Shown: positions 11,585 through 23,569, counted from the first letter of the whole stretch. The stretch is DNA of 63,257 nt, filler included, from Licmophora abbreviata (GCA_900291995.1; 9 parts of 9 records of this genome joined end to end with filler, not necessarily neighbours in it), one strand, 5' to 3'. Made by a program: numbers and translations. The notes: a model not told the origin generated them from the letters alone.

Positions 11585-14099
11585 ATGGAAGGTCCAGCGT
11601 TGCGTCGCTCGTATCGATGGCGCCTTCAGCTTGCAATTTGGAGACTGCCTGATGACCCTGGAACTAGTAGCACTGCGACTAGTAGTACAAAGGACAGAAA
11701 CACACAAAATCATGATGTTGCAGAGGCATCTTCTCCACCCCATGCGGATCAGTCCACACTGCGTACACAGTCTGGAGTGGCGCTCCTGTGGGAAACCAAT
11801 CAAAAGCGCATGGGTAGTCAACGACAGATTTACGACGAACTTTTCGAAAAGCATCACACCGATCTCAACGAGCAGAAGGACAAGGGCCATTCAGCAGAGC
11901 AACAGAGCACTATGAATGAAGGTCAAGACGAGTCTTCCCTGGAAGATTCATCCACACCACCATCGCAGTCTACCGCATCACCACCATCGCTGTCTCTAGA
12001 TCCCCTCACGGCCATGGTGATGGAACAGGAGAAAAAGGAAAAACGACTCAAAGACCTCGACATGAAATATCGAAAGGAGAGGGCTCGTCGAAAGAGGGGA
12101 TCGACGACTACTACAGGTGGCAGTAGTACTGCTGGCGGAAATGACGACAGTGGTGATCGTTTTGACACGTATTCGGTGAGTTGAAATGGTGATTGTGATG
12201 TTTCGTCATGTCGTCGTCGTAGCTCGTCAATCCTCACGCTTGCCTCATTCGCCCCCTCCCTTTCTCTGTATGTATCAACAGTCCCACCAGACACTCGAAA
12301 TCATTCACAAAGACTTGCATCGACTTCCTCCAGACCACCACACCTATCACCACAGTCGCAAGAATCTCAAACGATATCAGCTTGATACCAAGAATGATTC
12401 GACTGCGAATTCCAGCAACGATGACTCCTTGTTTGATGCGTCGGTAAAGGAGCGAACACGGTCATTGTCGCAATTGCTTTTGATTTACGCCATGGAACAC
12501 CCCTCTCTTGGATATCGGCAGGGGATGCATGAGATTGCTTCGTATCTGCTGCTGGTGCTGGAAATGGACTTGTTCGATATTGAAACTGAACAGGAAGGCG
12601 CAAACTGCACTGCCGGCGCGGATGTTGTATCTTCGATGGAAAGACTGAAACTCGATCATTCGATTACGGCGATAGAAGCTGTTCCTAATGCCGAACAACA
12701 AGACTGCACAACAGACCAAAACCATGCTCTGATACACCCGGACTATCTGCTACACGACGCTTTTACCATGTTCGAGTGTATCATGGACCAGCTTTCTCCT
12801 GCCTACGATGTCAAGAGTACGACTTCGAGCGCACACTCGTCCGGCAGTGCCTCCAGGAGTCCTATGGAACAAATGGCACATAGCATTGTTCGGTTCATTC
12901 CCACCATTGCCTTGGACCGTGCACTACACCAGCACTTAGTGTCCTTGCACTGTCCGCCCGAATTGTATTGTACGAGATGGGTCCGACTGATGCTTTCTCG
13001 TGAAGTCTTGGGATGGCGCAACGTACTATTGTTGTGGGATGTCTTGTTGGATTGTATTACGAGTGAGAACAGTATTCACAGTATGCCACGCGATCGATAC
13101 ACGCCACCGCATGTTGCTCCCAAACTGGAACTTGGAAGGTTTACATTAATGCAAGTCTTGGAGGCGACTGCGGCAAGTCGCATACTGTTGTGTCGTGAAC
13201 AGTTGCTAAATTCGGACGATGTAAATGAAAGCATCCATGTGCTGATGAACATGACACCCTTGAGCAACGTACGCCCTCTGACTGCCATTTTGCTAAGTCT
13301 ACTACGACGAATGCAGTTGCACGAGAGTGGCGTCAATCTATCGACCGTGGCGTCTCCGCTATCAGTGCCATCGGCGGACGCTGCAGTTAGTGATACCAAT
13401 TCATCTTCTAGATTGTCTTCGCTGGGACAACAAATGGCTCGTGATGCCGTATCCTTGTCATCGCGAGCACGAGATGCTCTCCAGCAGGCTGGCAAGAAAC
13501 TGTACGTCAGTAGCAGTAGCGGCAACGGTGACGATCCAGTCCAGAACAGCGTCACTCCAAAACAAGGTCAAAAACAGCAGGCAGAACAGACAAACGGCGA
13601 TCCACTGCTGGGACTTGCGACTCATTCACCTGTCTTGCACGAGAAAGCCATCCTTCAGAGCGAGGGTACTGTGGAAACGAGTGAACGACAGATGCCTTGG
13701 TCGCGCGAGGCTCCCAATACTTCCAATACTGGTACCCGCGATGCTGTTTCAATATCAGAGCTTTTGGATGCACCCGAGACGACTTCGGAACTCTTTTCAA
13801 TGTCTCCGAAACTCTCTTTCGTGGCATCGGATCTCCCATGCGAAAACGCCTCGTCTAATGGCGCCGAAGGTGGTCCCGGAGAATTGCAGACTGGGTCGTC
13901 GGAACGAACGGAAATGGCAGAAACTCTCGATCAATGTGTGGCAGCCATCCAAGACTTTTTGCAAAGCATGCATCCCAATAGCTCCTGTTCTGCTCCAGGT
14001 ACCTCTGGCGTTGTACCGAGTGGCGTGTGGGAGGCCCTGGCGCAGATCGACTTGGTGCGCCGTCAGCTGCTGGAAGAGCCAACGCCGCCATCGGAATAA
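11585..14099 (+). CDS. TBC-domain Rab GTPase-activating protein (TBC1D5-like)
   Basis: Intron 12176-12281 joins the two ORFs in frame. IHKDLHR (IxxDxxR), GYRQGMHEI (YxQ), RWVRLM, LLLWD. Start codon uncertain. Confidence 0.88.
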
Positions 14100-14239
14100 C
14101 TCGAGCCTGGTTTGGTATGAGGTAGCGGTTCGGCACATTCCTGCCTGAAGTTGGAGCTAGTGGAGCTTTCAAGTATACCAAACGACTACTTTATCGGGTA
14201 GTATCATAGCATGTTTTCTATCTATCTCTATTGCGTATT

Positions 14240-15386
14240 TTAATCTTGACAAAACGACGGCTCCGGAGAACAAGGCTCTCTGTCTCGACACTGATTGTGT
14301 TGCAACACACATTCAGCTGCACATTCACCACCCGCATCATAAAATACGAGTTCTGTCGGTCGATGGTTAGTCGAGCAGGGGCAACGCCTTTCGTATTGAA
14401 AAATTGCGTCCAATCGTCTTTTGGAAATATCGACTGTTATCCGCATGGGCGTCACAGTATCGTCTTGAGCAATCCTCATGACATTGGCCATGCCCCGAAA
14501 ACCAAATTCGACATCGAGAATGTGAGCATCCTCGAGAAATAGGAACGGTATGGTAGAGTAGCCGGCAGAGACAAATGTCAAAGAAGAGGTTGTTGGTAGC
14601 CCAGCTAGAGTGCCCAAACAAAACGACAGCTCCATATTGATTCTGAAAAGCTTCCAGATTGTCTTGCACCCATGCGGCTGAGTCGAGCAGCAATGAGTCT
14701 TTTGGAGTCCACTCATTATCCATATCGCGCCCTTGACCGGGAAGACTAGCCGAGACAAACAGGACCGAGCTGTACAAAAAGGAAAAGAGCTCGAACCGTG
14801 TCGACGATCGCGGGAGTTGATTTGTTGGAAAGTCTGCCCACCGGTGTATCGGTGTTGGAAAGCTTCGGCTTTCTGTAAAATCCAGCAAGAACTCTTTCCA
14901 AAACCCGTACGCTTCTGTTGCATCCGCGCAGTCCAGCCATCCATTGTCTCCTGGCAAAAAGAATGTAGGTACCGGAGAGTCTTGAAAGAGAGATGCAATG
15001 CCGTCGTAGAGCGCTCGGGGACACTCGCGTGGTGTGCCGTCACTGTATGGTTTGCCGTCCCTAATGTCTCCCAAGTGTATCAAAAACAGAGCTTCGGAGG
15101 CGAGCAGTTTGTTAAGCTCATAAGGAATCATACAGGACTCCATGGGCGAGTAAGGGACATCGCCAACGGAGTAGAAAGAGACAGTAGAAGAAAAAGGAGT
15201 GGACAACGGGAGGTTCTGTGGCAGGGGAGCGGACCAGTCCGACGCAGCAGTGCTGGGCTGGGGGTGCCGCAGCCCGGGAAACTGAGGGTCGAAGTCGCTG
15301 TAGGAGGACTGTGCGGAACATGAGGCGCAGTGCAGTAACGCCAGAGGAGCCGCAACGCCGCACCAAGCAAGTCGGTTCGTCGCCAT
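14240..15386 (-). CDS. Secreted calcineurin-like metallophosphoesterase with Cys-rich C-terminal tail; one frameshift near 14575
   Basis: Signal peptide, GDVPY, IHLGDI, PGDNGW, VLFGH. Sensible sequence continues in another frame from FVSAGYSTIPFLFLED to the stop at 14240. Confidence 0.75.
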
Positions 15387-15795
15387 GGTTTGTCTCGCTT
15401 GAACACAACTTGCAGTTTTGGAAAAACCCCAGGAAACAACGCTATCCTCAGGGACGTAGGTTGATAAAACAATTCACGAGGTAAAGTTTATCCGAGCTCG
15501 TGATGACGTCGTATGCGAACCCCAAAGCCAACCGCCGAAAGCAAAATACCAGGTAGATTTATGAATACCAAAAATACATGTTCAAAGTAGACCCGAAGAG
15601 TTTGGTCATGGCGCCGTGGCATGGAGAAAATTCTCCGTTCCCAGTCGTTCTCTTGACTGAGATCCCATCCGCTACTAGTAGCCTGAAAGGCTATAGACGA
15701 AGGGACGGTTTACCTTGGTCGTACCTCGCTGAGCCTCTTTCACTGGAGAACTTTGCAAATTAGATTCCTGAATTCGGACGAATGAATTCAGCCTC

Positions 15796-16935
15796 ATGCA
15801 AGACTCATCAGCCACCATGGCGACCACCAGCAGCAAAACAGAGGCTTCTCCCCGTGACCCGGACATTCGAACGACTCGACAAGTTCTGTGGGGCCCTGAT
15901 GGTCACAAGCATGTCTGCATTATCTGCTCGCTGTCCTGTCTAGCATCCGAAGCTCTCCGGGATGGCTGGGAGCCATGTCCACTCTGTCGCGTTGTGTGGT
16001 GTTGCTCCCCAACATGTCAAGCCAAACACCGGGAACAAGAGAAGTACGAGTGCTTCAATATTGGAATGCATTGGGTTGAATTGGAAAAGCTTAAGAAACG
16101 GAAAAAGCTTTGCGAGCGTGAACGCCTTCATCAGAGCGTCGTCCAACTCTATTCCATAGCAGGAGCCGGAATGCAGCGTAACAGGGCGCTGGAATGGTCC
16201 TTTCACGATTCACCACGTCTTCCGCCCAGGAACATTGTGGCTCTCGAGTATTCTATTGAGCATACACGGTTATTTTTGTCGCCAGACAACGACTGCCCTC
16301 CAGAAATTCGCTGGTGTATATCTCAGCTGCATGCCGCTGAGGACATGCCATCACTATTGGCAATGAACAAGTTGGACGAAGCCATGGAGATGTTCTCCTT
16401 TTTGTTTTGTTCCATACTTGCTTCCAGTCGATCGGTTTCAGACTATCGTCCAGGCGACTGGATTTTTGGTCCGCGGCGAAGCTACTACGACCCGCTTGGC
16501 GAAATCGGGGGAATCGAAATAGAAGCTGAAGACGGCGTTCTGTTGCCCTTCCTCGTCATGCTGTTCATCAAAGTTCACATTCTGGCTAGCTGTCGACAAG
16601 ACAAGGAGTGTGCAAATCTCGCGTTTCAACATCCGGAGACGAGCCGTCTTAACGTTTTGCCGGCAGACATGCACTTTGTCGTTCGCAGCTTCTTGGAACC
16701 GGAACCCGTATTTGAGGCAAGACAAGGAGAGGATATTTCCTTGCTCGTCCATCAGATTCATGTGTGGGATAGAACTGTTTTATCCTTGCTTCTAAAGCAT
16801 GCTAATGATGACGCCATGGAGGCTGATATTCTAGACTGGATGAGCCCACAAAACTGGAAGGTAGTAGTGAATAACTTTGCGCGAACGCCCGGAGCAACGG
16901 CTTTCTTGGAGGAATTGGTGGATCAGTTTGAATAA
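15796..16935 (+). CDS. MYND-type zinc finger protein
   Basis: CIIC...PCPLCRVVWCCSPTCQAKHREQEKYEC in a 379-aa ORF. Confidence 0.75.
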   Translation: MQDSSATMATTSSKTEASPRDPDIRTTRQVLWGPDGHKHVCIICSLSCLASEALRDGWEPCPLCRVVWCCSPTCQAKHREQEKYECFNIGMHWVELEKLKKRKKLCERERLHQSVVQLYSIAGAGMQRNRALEWSFHDSPRLPPRNIVALEYSIEHTRLFLSPDNDCPPEIRWCISQLHAAEDMPSLLAMNKLDEAMEMFSFLFCSILASSRSVSDYRPGDWIFGPRRSYYDPLGEIGGIEIEAEDGVLLPFLVMLFIKVHILASCRQDKECANLAFQHPETSRLNVLPADMHFVVRSFLEPEPVFEARQGEDISLLVHQIHVWDRTVLSLLLKHANDDAMEADILDWMSPQNWKVVVNNFARTPGATAFLEELVDQFE

Positions 16936-17147
16936 GACATATACCTGTAAGCATCTTAGAAGTGTTATGGATCTTCTTAGAAGTGCTGTAGCTTTCGTGT
17001 AGGTTAGGTTTGTCTGGATAGAGCACACTGTGTCCTTTTATCTTGTGATGATTTGACGGAGTGAGTACCTGGCGAGCGCCCCCTTGGCATAGTCACCATT
17101 GGAAAGTTTTGTTCGGCGGCGGTTCGAAATTGAATTGGTGTCCTCTG

Positions 17148-18310
17148 CTACTCCAATGAATGGCTCGTGCTCAGCTCGTCGGCACATTTTTCGACGGCAT
17201 CGTCCACCAGCAAGCCATCCATGAAGTCGAATTGCGATGCGACCGCCACACCAATACCTGTACCTGAACTCTCGTAGTAGTATCCTGCTTCATTTACAAA
17301 GATGAGATACACTTCCTCACCGTGAGATCCTTCGTAAGGAACTTCAGACCCATCCAGTCCGACGAACAAGGGATCGCCCGTTCGCAGTATATGAAAGTCT
17401 CGGTCTTGCAACGACTTATGAACCATGAGCGCAGGGAAGTTGGGATTCTCGGGATCGCACGGCCACGAAAGCTTGCCCGAGATCTCACCCGTTCGTTTCG
17501 CCGGTGCTGTTCGAAAGCATGGCACAGTTCCCTGTGGATACGACTGCTCCAAAAATTTCATAATACTGTCTGGATCCTCATTGCGCTTCTGCAAGAAGTC
17601 CAACACCCCTTTAAGGCACACTCGGTTTTCTCGACCGCATCGTGCCGCAACAAGCCCACCGGTACAGGCCCAACTTCAATAGTAAAGCCATGTTTGGCCG
17701 CTGACGATAGATTCGGTCGATGAAGGCGTTCCGGTATCGAGTGCATCAAGCACCGAACCGGCCATTCTCGGTGTGTACAAGACTGTTTGACGTAGGCCGC
17801 AGCCTGCGCCATGAGTTCGTCGCCTTCAGGAATGATAACCGTGATTCCCATGTTGCTGGTGGTCGAATGTAAGTCAATAGCGACATCGATTTCATCATCG
17901 TCGTCATGATCGCATTTGGAACCCAACAATTCATCGAGCTCTCGTGCCCTGGATGCTTCAATAGTTTGTAGAGGCACGACTTGTGCGGATTCATCATTGT
18001 CGACTGGACATAACTTGTCAAAGTGAAACTCTCGATTAAGATCCGTATCAATGAAGCGTTTGTTTGCATAATGAGCTTCGGGGTTCGCTAGGAGTGTCGT
18101 GAGAGTGAGCGAGGGATATCGCTGTTCATAGGCATCGCGCTGCGCTTCGAGCGCCTTGATGCACCACACGCCCGTGTACTCATTTCCATGAGTCCCTCCC
18201 ACCACGACGACTCGATGAACAGGCGAATATGAGTAGGATGCTATCGGTGCACGCAGCAGCAAGGAAACCAAGAGAAACGGGCGAAACCGCAAATCTACTA
18301 GCCAAATCAT
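17148..18310 (-). CDS. Aspartoacylase (AstE/AspA family) with N-terminal signal; frameshift near 17605
   Basis: GGTHGNEYTG, RFIDTDLNR, IDLHSTTSNMG, TIEVGP, then in a second frame VHKSLQDRDF and FVNEAGYYE. Confidence 0.9.
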
Positions 18311-18790
18311 GACAAACTAGAATGTTTCGAAAGTATAGAGGATTGAAAATAATGGTGAGCCTCTACCTGTGTAATCTGGAGGTCAATCGGCTAGCGGAAT
18401 GCCACTTTCTGGCCCTGAAATTGTCAGAAGAGTTGAGAGTGTCGGTACCGTGGGGGGTGTACGAGTACAACGTCCAAGGCTCCTCGAGAAAGGGAACTTG
18501 AAACTGCCATCGTCTCATAGTTCGGCGTCGCTTTGTTGCGCCTGTCGCGTTTGGCGCCTCTTCCGAATGTGATGCCGTGAGTTCGCAAATGACGTCAGAC
18601 ATTCGAGGCTCCACTGCCGGGCTTCCGTAACCGGTAAACGGAAGAGCTATCGTAGCTAATATAGAAAGAGCTCTCATCATTGGCTGCAGCCCTGTCGTAG
18701 CTCTCACCGACACCGTAGCTATCAACTGTCAGCAAGACGGGTTAGAGAATAAGTGGCTGCTATCCATCATCTATCATCTGCTGCACCGGT

Positions 18791-18890
18791 NNNNNNNNNN
18801 NNNNNNNNNNNNNNNNNNNNNNNNNNNNNNNNNNTTAATTAATTAANNNNNNNNNNNNNNNNNNNNNNNNNNNNNNNNNNNNNNNNNNNN
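18791..18890. other. Artificial contig spacer
   Basis: N44-TTAATTAATTAA-N44 (stops in all six frames). Confidence 0.98.
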
Positions 18891-19093
18891 AATAAGTGTA
18901 CGTATGATTTTTGCCGGAAAGACTGTGCCGCAGAATATACATATAATAGCTGGCATACTGGGTATCATACGAGCTTCGACTTATCATTTTTTTTCAGTTT
19001 CACTTCAGTTTCGATGTGGTTGCAAGGTGCACGCTCGTACCATATGTACAAGCTTTGATGATACCGATACTCCCTCTTATCCACGCCCTCATC

Positions 19094-19954
19094 ATGACTA
19101 ACACTACCAGCACTACTGGTGAGCAAAGCATCGACGATCCGGCGTCGTTCGTAAACTACTTTGCGATTGGATCCATGATGAATCCAGTGAGCATGGCCAA
19201 TCGGGGCGTGCGATCCATACACAGCGAACCTGCCGAGCTATTGGATCATCGCTTGGAGTTCTTTTCTTCCATGGGATTCGCCGATGCCGTTGAGGAGCCA
19301 GGCTCTTCCTTTCATGGCGTAATTCACAAGGTACACCATGAGGACATGGCAATTCTGGACGAAATCGAACAATATTATCAACGAAAGGATGGGACCGCAC
19401 GACTCTACGACGGGACTTCTCGTGCTGTACAGGTTTATTCTCGCCTAGCGAAGGATCCGGGGGATGTCCATTTGCCAGGAGAGAGATATATTGATGTTCT
19501 TGTAGAGGGGGCAGAGCACTATGGTGTTAAAACATCTCACATCGAATGGTTGCGCACCCACGACAAGGTGCCTCGTCCATCTCGCGACGAATTCTTGGCA
19601 TTTGACGACCCTACCGACAAACAAGCCGCAGTTGCGACGGTCTCAGACGTGGAACGTAATGATGGCTTGGAAGGTCGTCCGTTTTGGATATGCGTCAATG
19701 GGAAAGTACTTGAGGTCAACTTTCCTTCTGAACTGGCTGGAGAGATGCATGAATACACGCAGAGGTGGCGATCCCGCGGACAAGTAATGGAATTATTTCT
19801 CGGTCAATTGGTCTATGATCCCAAGTTTGGTGTCATCAAGGCGATGGACGACGTGACGCCCGACTATTGTGCGTGGTGCGAACATTTCATGGTACAATAC
19901 TTAACATCGCAGAAGCATCTCTCCTTTTTTAAAGTCGTTGCAAAGCTAAACTAA
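19094..19954 (+). CDS. Gamma-glutamylcyclotransferase-like protein with C-terminal cytochrome b5-like segment
   Basis: YFAIGSMMNP, HGVIH, LDEIEQYY, PGERYIDVLVEGAEHYG. C-terminal TVSDVERNDGLEGRPFWICVNGKVLEV. The ORF is open from 19016; the start at 19094 is my choice. Confidence 0.8.
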   Translation: MTNTTSTTGEQSIDDPASFVNYFAIGSMMNPVSMANRGVRSIHSEPAELLDHRLEFFSSMGFADAVEEPGSSFHGVIHKVHHEDMAILDEIEQYYQRKDGTARLYDGTSRAVQVYSRLAKDPGDVHLPGERYIDVLVEGAEHYGVKTSHIEWLRTHDKVPRPSRDEFLAFDDPTDKQAAVATVSDVERNDGLEGRPFWICVNGKVLEVNFPSELAGEMHEYTQRWRSRGQVMELFLGQLVYDPKFGVIKAMDDVTPDYCAWCEHFMVQYLTSQKHLSFFKVVAKLN

Positions 19955-19973
19955 ACGACAAAAGTCATTCCAC

Positions 19974-20725
19974 TTAGGAGGATTGTAGTGATCGGTGCAG
20001 ATAGCCCATGAACGTGTTCATCCCTAGTCGCTCGAGGGCGTCGGCTTCTCGGTTTGTCACCCAGCTGCCCTGTTGTTTCAGTTCCAATTTCAGATTAGTA
20101 TACTCATCGTCCTCCATGATGGCTTCGCCACGTCTGGCTGATGCCACTGCCGTCACGAACAGAGCTTCCTTTGCCTTCATGGTGGGTACCGATGATCCCT
20201 CCCAAGTTAGATTATCCTTGAGTTCTTCGTAATCGTCGTCGTCGAGCAGCGCAGATCCCGTTTGATAGTAACTGTGCAGACTGTCAAAGTACATGAGCTC
20301 CTTTACCACTAGCGGACCTGCTGCTTCCCAATACGAATTCTGTACTATGGCCTGGACAAAGTCATCTTCCGATATCTCGTCTTTTGTATTGGTGGGTTGC
20401 TCTTCATGATAATGTCAAGCGTCTTTGTCACTTCGTCGTCGAGCTCCTTCTGGGAAACGGGAGGCAAAATGGATCGCAACACTTCCCGAGCATCGTCGTC
20501 CGTACATTGGTCGCGCCCATGTGCCTCAGCGACAGCCTTGTACTTGGATCGGACATAGTGTTCCGCCACAGGCACCATTTCTTCTTCATCGACAAACATG
20601 CTGGAGAATTGAACTACTGAGCGTCGAGCCACGACGACGAACGATGGACGAGATGACGGCACAAAGGCGTCCAGCGAAGCAACCGCCAAGAGCAAGATCG
20701 TTGCGACCAGTAGCGTCCCCGTCAT
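19974..20725 (-). CDS. Plastid-targeted PGRL1-like protein without TM region; frameshift near 20395
   Basis: Signal + LDA-FVP. The twin motifs DDDYEELKDNLTWEGSSV and IMEDDEYTNLKLELKQQGS match the PGRL1 N-terminal repeats. Adding one C at AACCCACC joins the two ORFs. Confidence 0.75.
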
Positions 20726-21510
20726 TGTCCCAGTATAATTATGATCGGCGCAACCAACAGCACAGCAAGAGATGACAATATCAACAGTCGTGAAAGTAAC
20801 GAAGAACACTGCATGTGAAGCAAACGATTGTTCCTTGCAGATTCTTCTCACGCGTGCGTCACAGGTCGAAAAGATGAAAAGATACCCAAAATTGGAGTAC
20901 CAGACGTCTGTAAAAAAAGACAGAAAAAGAGATTGGTCACAAAGTCATGATGGATAAGTTCGGTTATGTACTTTATTAAATGTTGTATATGATCATAACA
21001 ATTTTCCCTGGATCGTATCCGTTGTGAGTACCCGTTGTCTGAATATTGTCAGTTCAATGTATCACTCCGACGAATTTTGTCGACAAAAAATCGGTGAACG
21101 TCACGATGCCGTTGCGGAAAACGACTCGACTCAACCCAATCAAAAAAGGATTTGTTTGATTCGAGACGAAAGGCCTACGCTCTACCGTAGCAGTTAAATC
21201 TTAGCTGGAGAGTGGAGATCTTTTGCCACTCTAGCAAGAGAGAGCTCAGCAGTAAGGTTGTTCTTTAAAATACTTCCTCCAGAAACTTGCTAGCCACGAC
21301 AAGAACGCTTCGATGCATTAGCTGTGCCATCAAAATGAATGCGTAATTATATGTGTAAGCAATCTACTGTATTGTACTTGTATCATACATGTCCCATGCC
21401 GGTCGACGTTATTCGTTGTCGACTCGTTCATATGGGTTGCGGTTGTCTCACGTGCAGTACACCTCGAAAGTCCGAAGCATACCGGTAGACATATTTATAG
21501 AGTTGTCTCG

Positions 21511-22746
21511 TCATGGTGTTATAACGACCCCCATCCATTCGTCATTCTGTTGCTCTTGCTGCATGCCGACCATGACACTGGTTGCACTCGCCTTGCGTGC
21601 GACCGGCTTGCGACCTTCATAAACAACAGACGATGGCGAGTCGGCTCCTCCTCCTAGCCGCAACAGTCCTCGGCGGACCGCGACGGCAATCGGATGATCC
21701 TCTTCCTGTGCACAATCTTCCAGAAGCATGTCGGGCGAAAAGTTGTTGAGCAACTCTCTCTTGAGATACATCGCCTTGGATGTGTCAAACTTTGCACAGG
21801 GCGAAATGTGCCCCAGTTCGTACTGGTTTCGGAGACACGCGACGACGTTGTGGAGACGGCTGTTCATTCGAAGTTGCGCAAGCTCGGTGAGCATGTCGAT
21901 ACCACCGAGGATTGCGGCGTAGGCAATGTCGGAGGGCGCACTCGAACTGACCATGACTGAGAGGCAAACCGAGAGTTCCGCCAAGTACCTGGCAATCTCT
22001 TGCAGGACTTCTACAAGGAGATCCTCGTCTGGATGAGCATGAGCATGGTCTTGAGTCGGTAGGAGCTGCAATAGGCAAGTCACAACCGTTGCAGGAGTCG
22101 GTGGGTGCACCTTGTACTGCAAGATCGACAGCATCTTGAGCTCCATGTTGACAATATCGGCTGTGCCAAATTGTCCTCTAGAAAGGTCAACAAAAGACAA
22201 CAGTCGAAGTTTCTTACGCTTCGAGAGTTTCTTGTGACGTATGTGATCGTCTGCCGTGCTGTCGGGATGATGTAGCTTGACGGCAATGTAGAGTGCGGCC
22301 ATGGCGGCAAGCTGAAAAGTGCGTGACGAGACAGTTCGTTGGCACTTGGGACAGTGACAAGTAGGACTGCTACTAGCTCCAGAAGCGGTGGTATCGCCGA
22401 CTATGTATCGATCGAGCAAGTTCAAGGCCACGCCGACAGCTTCCCTGTTCACTTGAAAGTGATCGACGACACGATAGGACCATTCACAGATGGCTCTTCT
22501 CCATCCATCATACGATGAACCAGGATAAGGAGCGCCAGTTTGTTGATACAGACAAGGCACTTCTACGACGCCATAGCTCTCCTCTGTATGCAGCAATGCA
22601 ACAACTTGGTCTTGTAGGAGCCCGTGCTCGTCGGATTCGAAGGAAGACTTGAGCAGAGACTCATCGTACTCCTCGAACGACGGATTCGATAGCACATCAT
22701 CGAAGTCTCGTCTCGACGAAGAGCAAAGCGGGGAGTAAGGCATCAT
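21511..22746 (-). CDS. Cyclin (diatom-specific cyclin type)
   Basis: WRRAICEWSYRVVDHF, ALNLLDRY, FQLAAMAALYIAVKL, LSRGQF, MELKMLSILQYKVHPPT. Confidence 0.9.
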   Translation of the reverse strand: MMPYSPLCSSSRRDFDDVLSNPSFEEYDESLLKSSFESDEHGLLQDQVVALLHTEESYGVVEVPCLYQQTGAPYPGSSYDGWRRAICEWSYRVVDHFQVNREAVGVALNLLDRYIVGDTTASGASSSPTCHCPKCQRTVSSRTFQLAAMAALYIAVKLHHPDSTADDHIRHKKLSKRKKLRLLSFVDLSRGQFGTADIVNMELKMLSILQYKVHPPTPATVVTCLLQLLPTQDHAHAHPDEDLLVEVLQEIARYLAELSVCLSVMVSSSAPSDIAYAAILGGIDMLTELAQLRMNSRLHNVVACLRNQYELGHISPCAKFDTSKAMYLKRELLNNFSPDMLLEDCAQEEDHPIAVAVRRGLLRLGGGADSPSSVVYEGRKPVARKASATSVMVGMQQEQQNDEWMGVVITP

Positions 22747-23053
22747 GATGCACGCGACACTCCCAACTTCTTGAGGCTGTAGAGAAAGAAGTATGTTTGC
22801 CAAAAAAAAGTGCGGGTAGTCAAGGGGAGACCGAAAAATTTGGAGGTAGCGGAGTGAAATGCTAAGTTTCTCGCATACTAATTCCACCGTACAGCCTACG
22901 GGAGGCCTTTCTGCCGGGATCCAATGAGAAGCAAATGAAGCATACCGCAATCCTCACGAGTACAATCTGCTTTTACTTAACTCTCACGGATTTGATTTAA
23001 GCAGAGGAGCAATCATGGACACTTCGCTTGTGCACTATGGGAGAAAGGCTGAA

Positions 23054-23153
23054 NNNNNNNNNNNNNNNNNNNNNNNNNNNNNNNNNNNNNNNNNNNNTTA
23101 ATTAATTAANNNNNNNNNNNNNNNNNNNNNNNNNNNNNNNNNNNNNNNNNNNN
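23054..23153. other. Artificial contig spacer
   Basis: N44-TTAATTAATTAA-N44. Confidence 0.98.
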
Positions 23154-23270
23154 AGACCCTTCGCTCACGGACTGTCGAACTTCCGAATAGCGATCCTTGG
23201 CAAAGGCCGTTGTCTGTTGTGACATGATTTGGGCGGCGGCGGTCGCGGGAGGAACGTAGCTGCTGCTCAT
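23154..23270 (-). CDS. Possible 5' end of a gene truncated by the gap
   Basis: ATG at 23270 (MSSSYVPPATAAAQIMSQQTTAF...), open to the gap, divergent from importin-4. Confidence 0.35.
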
Positions 23271-23308
23271 GGTGAGGGCTAGGGTACCGGTAGCAGTGGC
23301 AGTGGCAC

Positions 23309-23333
23309 AAATGAAATGAAATGAAATGAAATG
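23309..23333. repeat. (AAATG)5 microsatellite
   Basis: Read directly. Confidence 0.9.
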
Positions 23334-23538
23334 GCTGATCACAATCAACATTGATAATCTCAGTCCCATAAAATGGTCCTGGCGCGCGCTGTTGACGTTT
23401 TCGAACTCCGCTGGCATTCTTGGCGCGCCAAGGAATTCAGAATCTTCCAAACACAAATTCTCTCGAAGCTTCTCCGCCATTCTTTTGCACATCGCTCTCT
23501 CGTCATCACGCTCGGCACATGGAGACCGTCATTTTTGC

Positions 23539-23560
23539 GTGTGTGTGTGTGTGTGTGTGT
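23539..23560. repeat. (GT)11 microsatellite just upstream of the importin-4 ATG
   Basis: Read directly. Confidence 0.9.
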
Positions 23561-23569
23561 GGGTCAACC

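Noticed and set aside
18363..18725. Minus-strand ORF with a signal-like start (MMRALSILATIAL)
   Set aside because: Short, no recognisable motif, and it sits in the aspartoacylase upstream region; not enough support.
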